Of a stretch of DNA of 32,876 nt, positions 22,639 through 32,197 are shown in pieces; position 1 is the stretch's first letter, and the number at the start of each line of letters is the position of its first letter. The stretch is taken from positions 1 to 32,876 of IMG/VR virus record IMGVR_UViG_3300033067_002249. One strand, given 5' to 3'. A program made the translations under genes and the position numbers. A model generated the notes under the pieces. It saw only the letters and a list, made by a program, of their open reading frames with translations. It was not told where the DNA came from and did not search any database. The stretch comes from a virus (taxonomy: Duplodnaviria > Caudoviricetes).

Positions 22639-23889
22639 ATGAGCTTCCCAAGCAGCACGGCACAAGTCGACCGCGCGGCACGCGCTTGGATCTGGCGAGT
22701 GGCCGAAGAGAGCGCGTACGGCAACGGCACGGGCACCTACGAAGGCTGCCGCTTTCTCGACAACGACGAGCCAGAAAGCTCTCAAGAAGAAGTCGAGAAC
22801 ATGGGGCAGTCCGAATACCTCGCGGACTACTTCAACCCTGTGTTGGGCCTGCGATCGTGGAAGCACAAAGCACGGTTCCACCCCGCACCTGCAACGTCGC
22901 AATATCTTGCCGCAGCAACGCCCGCAGACGACTTCCAGAGCCTGCTGTTCAAGGCTGCTTTTGGGGGTCAGCAACGGGGCGCAGGGTCAACGGTCGAAGC
23001 GTCGCCATCGCCCACCACGACGGCCTTCACGGTCGCGACGGGGCACGGGTCGAGGTTCGCGGCCGGGCAAGTGATCCTTGTGCAAACGAGTGCGGGACTC
23101 GAGCCGACCGTGGTTGCGTCGATCGCCACCGACGCGATCACCGTTGCGTGGGCACTGAGTGCAGCGCCAGCGGCTGGCAACGTCGTGGTGAACACCACCA
23201 CGAACTTCTTTTCCCAGTCCGCGCCGACGTCGCTCGCACTTCGCGGCGTGCATGCGACGGACACGAACCACCAGTGGCAGTTGAACGGCGCGATCGTCAA
23301 CGAACTGACGTGGAAGATTGATCGCAGCGGGTTGCTCGAGTGCACCCTTGGGCTCGAAGGCTCTGTGCACAGCGGGCCTGACGCGCTCTCGCTCTCGACC
23401 ACTGCCGTCACTGATGAGGTGATTGCACCGATTCATACGCGCGGCGCATACCTCTACCTCTTCGAGGCGGCCTCGCCAAACCGCACGGCACTTCCATTCC
23501 ACTCGATCGAGATCAAGCACACGCTGGGCAACCAGCTCGTGAATCAGATCGGCGGCAGTACCGAGGGAGTGACGGGGACAGCGAAAGCTGGCGAGCGCAT
23601 GATCGTCGAGGCGACCATCACCACACGGTCGGATCGATGGCCGCACTACATGCAACAGAGTCGGCCCGACATGGTGCTGGCGCTGCACATGCCCAATGGC
23701 TTGACCGGCACTGCCGCACGGTCGTGCACGCTGGTTCTGACTGGGGCAGTGGGCGTGAGCGTCCCGCAAACCGCAGAAGAAGAGAAGCTGCGCAAGACGA
23801 AATTCACGCTCAAGGGCAAGCGAAACGCGTTGATCGCGGGCGGGTCCACAGACCTGCTTCGGTCACCGATTCTGTGGGCACGAGGGTAG
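22639..23889 (+). CDS. Major tail tube protein
   Basis: AEESAYG N-terminal motif, GAIVNELTWKI; precedes chaperone and tape measure genes. Confidence 0.8.
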   Translation: MSFPSSTAQVDRAARAWIWRVAEESAYGNGTGTYEGCRFLDNDEPESSQEEVENMGQSEYLADYFNPVLGLRSWKHKARFHPAPATSQYLAAATPADDFQSLLFKAAFGGQQRGAGSTVEASPSPTTTAFTVATGHGSRFAAGQVILVQTSAGLEPTVVASIATDAITVAWALSAAPAAGNVVVNTTTNFFSQSAPTSLALRGVHATDTNHQWQLNGAIVNELTWKIDRSGLLECTLGLEGSVHSGPDALSLSTTAVTDEVIAPIHTRGAYLYLFEAASPNRTALPFHSIEIKHTLGNQLVNQIGGSTEGVTGTAKAGERMIVEATITTRSDRWPHYMQQSRPDMVLALHMPNGLTGTAARSCTLVLTGAVGVSVPQTAEEEKLRKTKFTLKGKRNALIAGGSTDLLRSPILWARG

Positions 23890-23891
23890 CC

Positions 23892-24419
23892 ATGGCCGTT
23901 CACCAATACATCAGCATCGACGATCCTGCGATCGACCTCGAAGAGATGGCACGTGCGCAAGACAGCACAGCGCCAGAGGGCAATGACGACGAGGTCAAGA
24001 AAGAGATGGATCGCCGCGCGAACGCGCGCATGGTCCGCTACGCCGAGACGCTCGACGCGAATCTGCTGCGGTTCAAACAAGGCGTGCGACCCACTGTGTT
24101 CACGATCGACACGCCATCGCCGCGATACTTTTTCACGGTGCTCCGCAAGCTCCAAGCGCTCGACCCAACAGGCAACGAGACACTCGTGCGCACGATCCAA
24201 GCACAGCTCAAGAGCGTGAGACTGCCAGACGGGCAAGAGCTCACGCCAGCGGGCACAGAGCTTGACTCGTGCGACACACGAATCGCCACGACGAAGTGGT
24301 TTGACACGGTCGTTGAACGGCTCGGCGCGCGCCTCGTGATCGAGGTTGCGACGATTGCCTCGCGCTTGTGCGCGCTCCCGGCAGACAAGCGCCCCCCTTC
24401 GTTCTCGCCGGGTTCCTGA
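23892..24419 (+). CDS. Tail assembly chaperone (gpG-like)
   Basis: GAGGG RBS, ATG 23892; between tube and tape measure genes; slippery site near the 3' end. Confidence 0.75.
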   Translation: MAVHQYISIDDPAIDLEEMARAQDSTAPEGNDDEVKKEMDRRANARMVRYAETLDANLLRFKQGVRPTVFTIDTPSPRYFFTVLRKLQALDPTGNETLVRTIQAQLKSVRLPDGQELTPAGTELDSCDTRIATTKWFDTVVERLGARLVIEVATIASRLCALPADKRPPSFSPGS

Positions 24420-24904
24420 AGCGCTCTGACGCGGCGAGAGAGGCACCCGCCAAGTGCGGATGCAGGGCGCTCTTCGAGGCACACCGAGAGCCACGCGAAG
24501 ATGCAAAGCAGGCACTCACGATCACCGCTGAAAGACTTCAGCGGGCGTGGCGGTGTCCTGCTGCAAGGCATCCGTTGCCCGTTCCGGGCACACACGGAAT
24601 TGACAAGCCAACACCTGACGAGGGCGTCACGGACGAAGAACGTGCGGACTGCAACGACCTTTGCAACGACCTCAAACGATGGACGGGTGCGGACGTCGCA
24701 ACGTGCCCCTGGTTCCTCGCGAGTGACCCGGACGTGATCGAAGCGGGACGCGTGCACCTCTGGCGAAGTGAGCCAGGCGGACTTGCGCTTTTTGATGGCG
24801 TGGTGGACCCCGCGATGCTCGAAAAGCTCGAAGCCCTCGACGAAGGCGCGAGCCGTGCGTTTGAGGTCGACCGCGATCTCAGGAAGGCCAAGGCAGCGAA
24901 GTGA
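24392..24904 (+). CDS. -1 frameshift extension of the tail chaperone (gpGT-like)
   Basis: C-CCC-CCT heptamer at 24392-24398 in the correct phase; the -1 frame is open to 24904 and its stop overlaps the tape measure start. Confidence 0.7.
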   Translation, partial: PPFVLAGFLKRSDAAREAPAKCGCRALFEAHREPREDAKQALTITAERLQRAWRCPAARHPLPVPGTHGIDKPTPDEGVTDEERADCNDLCNDLKRWTGADVATCPWFLASDPDVIEAGRVHLWRSEPGGLALFDGVVDPAMLEKLEALDEGASRAFEVDRDLRKAKAAK

Positions 24905-27399
24905 AAGACGGAATCGACATCCCGTTTTCGGCTCCGGGCGCTGACGAATCCGCACGCGCGGTCAAGGCCCTCGGCAACGCGCTGACCAAGTTGCGCGACG
25001 ACGTGACGGCTCTGGTCGCTGCCTTCGAGAAAGACACGCAGGCCACCAAAAAAGACGCCGAGGAGACCGAGAAGGCAGCGAAGGCCAAGCGGTCGTTTGC
25101 TGATGCCGCTGGCGAGGCAACCGACAAGGCCAACGAACTCTTCGACGAACTCAAGAATGCTGCAGGTGCGTATGCCGGCGTGACTGCCGCCGCGCTTGGG
25201 TTTGCTGCTGTCACACTCAAGCTGGCAGCAAACCACGAGCAAGAGATCCGCACGGTGTCGAAGCTCGGTGGCGCGTACGCGCAAGTGCAAGCTGCGACCA
25301 ACGGTGTTGTGACCGCGCAAGAGGCGCTCAAGGCACAGCAAGCGCTCGTGCAATCGGGCCTCCGTGTAAGTGACGCCGAGCTAGCCGCGATCACACGCAA
25401 GGCGCGAGACTTTGCTCTAGCGACAGGCACAGACGCAACGCAAGCGCTTGACCAGCTCGTAGAAGGCTTGCGTCAAGGCGAAGCGGGCAGCCTGCGCAAA
25501 TACGGCATTGCCGTCGACGCGAACAAGAGCCGCACACGCCAGTTTCACGACTCGCTCGCTGACCTGCAAAAGGAGCAGGCAAAGAGCGCAGCGCAACAAA
25601 CAACACTCAATGAGGAACTCTCCAAAACTCCTGGACTGTTGCACTCTGTTGTGGGATCGATGGCGAACGCGGTCAGTCAAGCCCTCGGCTTCGACAAGGC
25701 TTTGCGTGGTCTCAACTCACGCTTCCAAGAACTCGTTGACCTGCAACGGCAGGCCGCAAAAGACCAGCAAAAGCTCGCGACCTTCGATCAACGAATTGCG
25801 CTCAACCAGCAACTGGGGCGACTTCGTGCCGCTGGTCTCACAAATGGGACGCTCGCGACTGTCGACACGACCCATATGTCTGTCGAACAGATGGCGCGGT
25901 ATCAATCGCTTCTCGGCGGTATCAATCCCGGTGCTGTCGCGGGGAGCTTTGCAGACCTCACAGACCCGACGCAAACAGCCGCACAGCAACGACGTTTGAA
26001 CGAAGCCGTGCGCGCGCGCATGCGCTCACTCGGCATCACGAACGGATCGATTGTCGAGGAGATGAACGCCAACGACCAACGCGACGCAGACGCGCGCATG
26101 GGTCGTGGCGGTGTTGGTCCAACGCGTGAGATTCAAGGCAGCGGTGGCAGTAGCGGCGAGGACAAGTCCCCAGACCGCTCCTCAATCGTCGAACAGCTCC
26201 GCGCAATCACTCGACTGCGTGCGATCCGCGGGTTGCAGCTCGGGTTGCAGTCGTTTGACAAGGGCGCGAACGAGAGCGCGGCGGCCTACGTTGAGCGCAT
26301 CGGGCACTTTCTCGAAGAGCGCTTCGTGGTGCTCGACGAGCAGCTTGTGAAGCGTCGCGGTGAAACGGAATTCGACTTCGCGAAGCGTCGTCTCGACCTT
26401 GTCGCCACCACGCTGAAAGCGATTGGAGACGCCGAGAACAAGGCGCAAGAGGAACGTGCACGCGCGAGCGAAGCGGCCTTCAACACTCTGTTCGAGGCAA
26501 CCAAGAAAGACGTTGCCGCGATTGAAGCAGTTGTCGCGCGATTGAAGGCTCCGAAAGAGTCAGCGGCCGACACACTCTTCAATGACCTGAAGAGCGGCGC
26601 ACGCACAGAGCAAGGCGAGATGTTTCGCCTCGGGTCGTTGCAAAACGACGTGATCGCAGCGAATGCGCAGGGCAACACCGAGCGTGTGACGGCGATCCGC
26701 GCACAGGCTGACGCCATCGGCGAAGCGACGCTGCGGTATCGCGAGTTCGCACAGTCGCAACGCGAAGCAAACGACGTTGGACTTCAACTCACGCGAGGCA
26801 TGCAGCAATCGGCTGTGATGCAGTCGACGGCTGCGCAGTCGTTCTCAAAGCTCACAATCGGAGCTGTCGAAGGCGCGACGAACGCGTGGGCTCAACACTT
26901 CGTTGCGTTCGCGCAAGGCAAAGAATCGTTTGATCAGGCGCTCAAGGCCATGACGGCCTCGGTGCTTGAGCAGGTTGCGATCGAGTCTGCGAAGTACGCG
27001 GCGTTCCAGTTCTTCCAAGGCGTCGGCAACCTTGCTGCATTCAACTATCCGGGCGCGGCCCTGAACTTCGTTGCGGCGGCTGGGTTCACAGCACTTGCGG
27101 CGGGTTCGGCAGTGGCAAGTGGAGAGCTTTCACGCTCTGCGCAACCAAGCGTCCCACAAGCCACGCAAGGCGGTGCAGGCGCGCAACGAGGGCAGCTCCC
27201 GCAGATGGGTCGCACGAGTGGCACGCCAGACTTTGGTGGCGGCGGTGGCAACACCGCGATCGTGTTTGGAGGCCCGGTGTTTCAGACACGCGAAGCCGTT
27301 CTCGAGTCTCTGCATGGACTTGCAACCGAGGCGTTCAGCACCCGCGGTGTGAGTGCAGGCATGGGCGCGCAGATCGCTTCGTCACTGGGGAATGCGTGA
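24901..27399 (+). CDS. Tail tape measure protein, 832 aa
   Basis: Long Ala/Gln-rich helical protein; GEAGSLRKYGIAVD motif; C-terminal hydrophobic segment and Gly-rich linker. Confidence 0.9.
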   Translation: MKDGIDIPFSAPGADESARAVKALGNALTKLRDDVTALVAAFEKDTQATKKDAEETEKAAKAKRSFADAAGEATDKANELFDELKNAAGAYAGVTAAALGFAAVTLKLAANHEQEIRTVSKLGGAYAQVQAATNGVVTAQEALKAQQALVQSGLRVSDAELAAITRKARDFALATGTDATQALDQLVEGLRQGEAGSLRKYGIAVDANKSRTRQFHDSLADLQKEQAKSAAQQTTLNEELSKTPGLLHSVVGSMANAVSQALGFDKALRGLNSRFQELVDLQRQAAKDQQKLATFDQRIALNQQLGRLRAAGLTNGTLATVDTTHMSVEQMARYQSLLGGINPGAVAGSFADLTDPTQTAAQQRRLNEAVRARMRSLGITNGSIVEEMNANDQRDADARMGRGGVGPTREIQGSGGSSGEDKSPDRSSIVEQLRAITRLRAIRGLQLGLQSFDKGANESAAAYVERIGHFLEERFVVLDEQLVKRRGETEFDFAKRRLDLVATTLKAIGDAENKAQEERARASEAAFNTLFEATKKDVAAIEAVVARLKAPKESAADTLFNDLKSGARTEQGEMFRLGSLQNDVIAANAQGNTERVTAIRAQADAIGEATLRYREFAQSQREANDVGLQLTRGMQQSAVMQSTAAQSFSKLTIGAVEGATNAWAQHFVAFAQGKESFDQALKAMTASVLEQVAIESAKYAAFQFFQGVGNLAAFNYPGAALNFVAAAGFTALAAGSAVASGELSRSAQPSVPQATQGGAGAQRGQLPQMGRTSGTPDFGGGGGNTAIVFGGPVFQTREAVLESLHGLATEAFSTRGVSAGMGAQIASSLGNA

Positions 27400-28298
27400 T
27401 GGCAGCAACTGTTGTGCAGACAGTGATCGAGTGCCCGTTCGCGCTGGTCGGGGCATATTCAATTACCGTTGGTGGTGGCGCTGTTTCGATCAACACGGGC
27501 ACGACCTGGTATCGCCAAGCGCTCGCACGATCGAGCGACACGGGGACATCACACGAAACACCCAAGTCGCTTGCCAGCACACTCGGCACGGCCCTCGGCG
27601 TCGGGTGGGTCGTGAACATCCCGACCGCTCTAGGCAAAGCGTCAATCACGCGCAGCGGCGGCACCTCGTCGTCAATCGCGTGGTCGACAGGAACGGGCGC
27701 GATCATCCGCGACTTGCTTGGTTTCACAGGCGATCTGAACTTCACGTCGGGTCAGACGCACGAAAGCGACCACGTTCCGCCCTACCGCCTCGTGAGCGAG
27801 TGTCGTGCACGAGACAACGACGGCCCTCCGCGTGTTGCAGGTGGCGCGTGGTCACGCAGCGAGAACGGCAAGGTGAGTGGGTATGGCTCGGGGCTGTACT
27901 TGATCGATCGCACGTTCGAACTGCAACTGCACCCGCGTGATGCCACAACAGCGACAGCAATCAGTTCGGTGTCGACAGCAGCGCTCCCGAATCGGTCGGG
28001 TGGACCACGCGCGCGGCTGCGACAACCAACAGAGCAACTCCCCGCAACGAGCCCCACGCTCCCGATGTCGATCCATGAGTTTCTGCACATGAGCCGCGGG
28101 CGTGCGTTGGCGGGCGTGTTCGGTTGGTTTGAGACCCTTCGCGCGGGGACCTCGCTCTACTTCGATGAAGTCTATCTCGACGAGAAAAGCTTGCAGGCTG
28201 GCAACGCTTCGCTGTTGCGTTTGCAGACCGACAAGTGGAACGCGTTGTGGACTTGTTCACTCGGCTTCTCTGTCACTGAGAACGGGGTGTCGCTGTGA
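27396..28298 (+). CDS. Putative distal tail protein
   Basis: Immediately after the tape measure gene; 300 aa, beta-rich. Confidence 0.55.
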   Translation: MMAATVVQTVIECPFALVGAYSITVGGGAVSINTGTTWYRQALARSSDTGTSHETPKSLASTLGTALGVGWVVNIPTALGKASITRSGGTSSSIAWSTGTGAIIRDLLGFTGDLNFTSGQTHESDHVPPYRLVSECRARDNDGPPRVAGGAWSRSENGKVSGYGSGLYLIDRTFELQLHPRDATTATAISSVSTAALPNRSGGPRARLRQPTEQLPATSPTLPMSIHEFLHMSRGRALAGVFGWFETLRAGTSLYFDEVYLDEKSLQAGNASLLRLQTDKWNALWTCSLGFSVTENGVSL

Positions 28299-30982
28299 CC
28301 GCTGTTCGCGAGTACGTCCTTTCGATCGAAGGGAGCACCGTTGCGGCTGCAACGGCTGGGTGTCCCACGAGCGTCACGAGCTCTGATTCGTCGTGGTCGT
28401 CTGACTGGGTGCTGCTTGCAGGAGCGCTCTATTACCCCACGGGTTCAATCACGGCTTCAATCGATCCCGTGGGCGGTGAGCTCACAGTGGGCGATCTCAG
28501 CTTCGAACTGCACGACTCGCTTTTGTCGAACGGCAAGGGCTGGGTGACGTACTACTCAACGCGCGTCGCCTCACGGATTCCGAGCGTGTCTGTCACGTCA
28601 GACGTCACTGCTTCGTCGACAGACTTCACGGTCGCCACGCTCGGCGTCCTCGACACTGGCGGTGGGTCGTGCTGGATCGGTCAAGAAGCGATCGAGTACG
28701 ACTCGCACGGCACGACCACTGTGCCGATCGTGGCGCGCGGTGCGTACGGGTCGAACCCTGTTGACCACCGCGTCAGCGAGGGCAAGTACCCACTCGCGTA
28801 CACCGAGCTGCCCGAGTTCGATCGTCGTCGCGTTGTGCTGTGGAAGGTCGAGAGCGGTGTCGCCACGGCGCTGTGGAGAGGTTACTGCGAGGAAGGACCG
28901 ATCTCACAAGACAGCAGCCGGTATCTCCTGCGCGCACGGCACATCTGGACGCGACTGAAAGAACGGAAGCTGGGCTTCACGCAGGCTTCGACGCGGTTGC
29001 GTGGGTGGGATCTTTCGGCCGTGCGGATCATGGTGCGCAACAAGCAGCTTGTGCAGAGCGGAGCGGCCGTGCGCGACTCGTTCCAAAGCAGCACCGGGGC
29101 CGCGAACGTTTGCGAGACGCCGTCGCAGCTCGCGCGCGAGCTTGAGCTCGCTTTGCAGGGCGCCCTTATCAGTTTGAACAACGCCACGCCTGACGGCATT
29201 TCAGTGATCGTCTTCGCAGACCGAAACAGACTGACATTCCGCGCGACGTTTCGAGGGCTACACAAAACCGAAGCGCAGGCCGCGATCGTGATCGCAGGTC
29301 AAGACGTTGCGCGTGCCGCTGCGATCGACAATGGCACCGACTCCTACGCCGTGTTGACAGTCGATCTCCCGCCCGCGTGCCGTCAGGTGTTCGTTGGTGA
29401 GTCGCCTTTCGGAAACGGCACGAACCTCGTTGTCGATTCTGTTGCAGGCCTGCCGTCGACGTTCACCGAAGTGTCGACCACAAAGGACACGATCACCACG
29501 TCAGTTGTGCCAGTGCTTCGCGCGAAGTGGAACGACCAGTGGCTGGTGATTCGGCCGTCGACCACGAACACCTCACCGCCACGCTTGGACAATTGCTCTG
29601 TGACTTTGCTCCCGACCTCGCCGGGACCTGTCACGCGAGAGCAACAAGGAATCTCGCTTGTGCCTTCTGGGCGCAGTTTTGCCGCGCTCATCTACGTGAT
29701 GGAACCGTTGTCACTCGTGATTGCGTATCGCGTGAAATCACCACACTGGATCTACGCACTTCGATACGCAGTGTGGGGCGACACAACGTTCGACTCTCAG
29801 ACTCCCGCAACGCCTCCCGACTACCTGCTCGCGGGTGGGCGTTCGGACGACTGGGACTGGTCGCAGTGTGCTGCGATTGTGTCCGCAACGATCGGCGTTG
29901 CCGGGCAACGCGAGTGGTACCTCGACGGCACACAGACCGCCGGCGCTCTCACGATGGACTTGCTCCGCTTCGGCGGTTGCGCTCTCGCGGTGCGCGCGAG
30001 TGGCAAGCTCGCGCCGTGGCTGATTCGCCCACCGGTTCCGACCGACACAATCACCGCTACGTACACAAACGAAGTGATGCAGGCGCAGTACACGCCCCGC
30101 ACGGAGAGGTTGCGGAACGCGCTCTCAAACGTTGCGACACTGGAGATGTCCGACGGCAAGTTGACAGTGATTGATGCCGTTTCGATCGACCGTTACGGGC
30201 AAGGCAAAACGGTTGAAGTCAAACTCCACGGCACCGACAACTTCGCCGCGCTGGCAGTGAGTCAAACAGCGCTCGCAAGTTACCTTCTCGGTCGTGTGTT
30301 GCTCCCTGACCCGGTCGATCAACACACGCTTCGATTCCCTCCCGCGCAGCAACAAGCGTTCTTCGTCGGCGACTACGTGCGCGTCTCGGCACACTGGTGT
30401 TTGCCTGACGGCGACGGCAATCGTGGGTACACACTCACGTCGTCACAGCTCAACCGCACCACGCGCGGAGTGATGCAGGCGTTGAGTTCACGCATCGATC
30501 TCAGTGGTCAAGGCACGGTCGAGTTGCAGGCGTTGCAGTGGCGGCTGGATGGGTTCGCTGGATACTCGCCTGCGTGTCGTGTGAACAGTGTGAGCGGCGC
30601 AAATATCGTTGTGCAGCAGAGCTACCTGAGCGCGGCGAGCACGATCAAAAACTACGCGGGCGTTGATCCCGCGGGCGACGGTGGGGCGAGCAAGTTCAAG
30701 GCAGGCGATCGAATCAAGCTTGTGCTCCGCGACACGACATCGACGATCCGCGAGACGGGTCTCGTGGTGTCCTCGGTGAGCTCAACCACGATCACGTGCA
30801 CAGCCTCAGTGCCCACGAGTCCCAACAACTGGAACACGCTGGCTTCAACGGGATGGGTCGACGTGATCTACGACGACGCGGGCGCGTCTGGCTTGCAGGA
30901 ATCGCAGCGTGCTTCCGCGTGGATTGGCGGGGCGAGTGTGGTCGCAGGAACAGGCGACGAGACGACTCGGTGGAGTCCGTGA
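28295..30982 (+). CDS. Tail tip/hub protein, 895 aa
   Basis: Position; DAVSIDRYG and FFVGDYVRV hub-type motifs; ARGAYGS. Confidence 0.7.
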   Translation: MTAVREYVLSIEGSTVAAATAGCPTSVTSSDSSWSSDWVLLAGALYYPTGSITASIDPVGGELTVGDLSFELHDSLLSNGKGWVTYYSTRVASRIPSVSVTSDVTASSTDFTVATLGVLDTGGGSCWIGQEAIEYDSHGTTTVPIVARGAYGSNPVDHRVSEGKYPLAYTELPEFDRRRVVLWKVESGVATALWRGYCEEGPISQDSSRYLLRARHIWTRLKERKLGFTQASTRLRGWDLSAVRIMVRNKQLVQSGAAVRDSFQSSTGAANVCETPSQLARELELALQGALISLNNATPDGISVIVFADRNRLTFRATFRGLHKTEAQAAIVIAGQDVARAAAIDNGTDSYAVLTVDLPPACRQVFVGESPFGNGTNLVVDSVAGLPSTFTEVSTTKDTITTSVVPVLRAKWNDQWLVIRPSTTNTSPPRLDNCSVTLLPTSPGPVTREQQGISLVPSGRSFAALIYVMEPLSLVIAYRVKSPHWIYALRYAVWGDTTFDSQTPATPPDYLLAGGRSDDWDWSQCAAIVSATIGVAGQREWYLDGTQTAGALTMDLLRFGGCALAVRASGKLAPWLIRPPVPTDTITATYTNEVMQAQYTPRTERLRNALSNVATLEMSDGKLTVIDAVSIDRYGQGKTVEVKLHGTDNFAALAVSQTALASYLLGRVLLPDPVDQHTLRFPPAQQQAFFVGDYVRVSAHWCLPDGDGNRGYTLTSSQLNRTTRGVMQALSSRIDLSGQGTVELQALQWRLDGFAGYSPACRVNSVSGANIVVQQSYLSAASTIKNYAGVDPAGDGGASKFKAGDRIKLVLRDTTSTIRETGLVVSSVSSTTITCTASVPTSPNNWNTLASTGWVDVIYDDAGASGLQESQRASAWIGGASVVAGTGDETTRWSP

Positions 30983-30984
30983 GG

Positions 30985-31467
30985 TCACCGCCCCGCAGCG
31001 AGCGTGAGTTCAACGTGGTTGAACTGGATTGTCTCAAGCTGTGGCGCGACGTCTGCGCAGTTCGCGCCATCAACGTAGACCTTGCGTCGCACCCCAGGCG
31101 TAGCCGCTTGCGTTGTTGTGAGCGTAATGTCTCCACGGATCAGTTGGTACGTTGGCCCGAGGGCAGCACGAGCTTCAAGTCGTTTGTCGGGCTTGAAGGC
31201 GACGCCAGCCTCGATCACAACGTCTCGAGTCGAGACGAGCAAAAGACTGTCACCAAAGCTGTTTGTGCATGTGATCTCCGCGCCGGACACGTCGCAATCA
31301 AGAGGACCTCTCGATGATTGGCGGTAGTTCAACTGGCCGTTCTTCGAACTCGAGAACCACTTCCCAGGTTCGGCCATCTGCATTGCAGGGTCGTACGCGC
31401 ACGCGCCATAGATCCCGTACCCACAACCCGCAAGACACAATGCAAACACAAACACAACTGTTTTCAT
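30985..31467 (-). CDS. Lipoprotein, antisense insertion (moron-like)
   Basis: MKTVVFVFALCLAGC signal peptide with LAGC lipobox; fills the gap between two plus-strand tail genes. Confidence 0.75.
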   Translation of the reverse strand: MKTVVFVFALCLAGCGYGIYGACAYDPAMQMAEPGKWFSSSKNGQLNYRQSSRGPLDCDVSGAEITCTNSFGDSLLLVSTRDVVIEAGVAFKPDKRLEARAALGPTYQLIRGDITLTTTQAATPGVRRKVYVDGANCADVAPQLETIQFNHVELTLAAGR

Positions 31468-31473
31468 GACGCG

Positions 31474-31482
31474 AGCATAACA
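31474..31482 (-). promoter_or_regulatory. Extended -10 promoter for the lipoprotein gene
   Basis: TG-T-TATGCT followed by 6 nt then ATG 31467. Confidence 0.6.
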
Positions 31483-31483
31483 C

Positions 31484-32197
31484 ATGCCTTTGCACGAAAG
31501 AGCAGAGTCCTACTTCATCGACTTGCCAGCCGATTCAAGCTCGCTTTTCGCTGACGGGGCACCGCTCGACGCGGGGCTTGCGCAGATCCTTGCGAGTAAC
31601 GAAGCGTGGCTTGCACACGAGTCGTGTCGTCAAGTTGTGTTTGGCGCGCCCAACCGCTCGTTCAACCGCACAACAGGCAAGGACTTGTGGCAAGGCGTGT
31701 CAGATGACAGCGGCCCGGACAGCGCTGTGATTGCCGCGCTCCCGGCAGATGAGAAGTTCAAAGGTCACTCGTGGATCGCGTTCACGTTGCACTGGGACTA
31801 CCCGGCAATCTGCGATCGAGACGACGCGAGCGGGATCGCTGTTGCACGCAAGATCAAAGGCTCGCTGCGGTACAACAACCCAGTCAGCGTCACCGCGTAC
31901 GCGCACGTCGCGCTCACCACGCACACGTCACCGCTTGCGCTTCGCGCGGGCGACCTCGTCTATTACGCACGCATCGACATCTCTGGCAGCGGCGCAAAGC
32001 ATGCTGTCTTCACAGCCTCGCCAGCGGTCAAGGATGGCCTGCGCGAATCGTGGCTGTGTCGAGCTGGTGTGAGTGGTGGCGGTCCCGCTTCGGTGTCTGT
32101 GATGCCAATGCGCTTGTGGGTCGCCATCGAGGCCGACAATTTCGGAACGGCAGGGCCAGTGCTTCAGACCATTTCTGTGTGGGAGACACGATCGTGA
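31484..32197 (+). CDS. Putative minor tail protein, 237 aa
   Basis: Position in the tail module; GAPLDAGLAQILASN N-terminal motif. Confidence 0.6.
   Translation: MPLHERAESYFIDLPADSSSLFADGAPLDAGLAQILASNEAWLAHESCRQVVFGAPNRSFNRTTGKDLWQGVSDDSGPDSAVIAALPADEKFKGHSWIAFTLHWDYPAICDRDDASGIAVARKIKGSLRYNNPVSVTAYAHVALTTHTSPLALRAGDLVYYARIDISGSGAKHAVFTASPAVKDGLRESWLCRAGVSGGGPASVSVMPMRLWVAIEADNFGTAGPVLQTISVWETRS

Noticed and set aside
22639-23889. 416-aa tail protein as a contractile sheath (tailocin or injection system)
   Set aside because: No separate small tube gene or baseplate wedge genes; the size is explained by an inserted domain; head genes are present.
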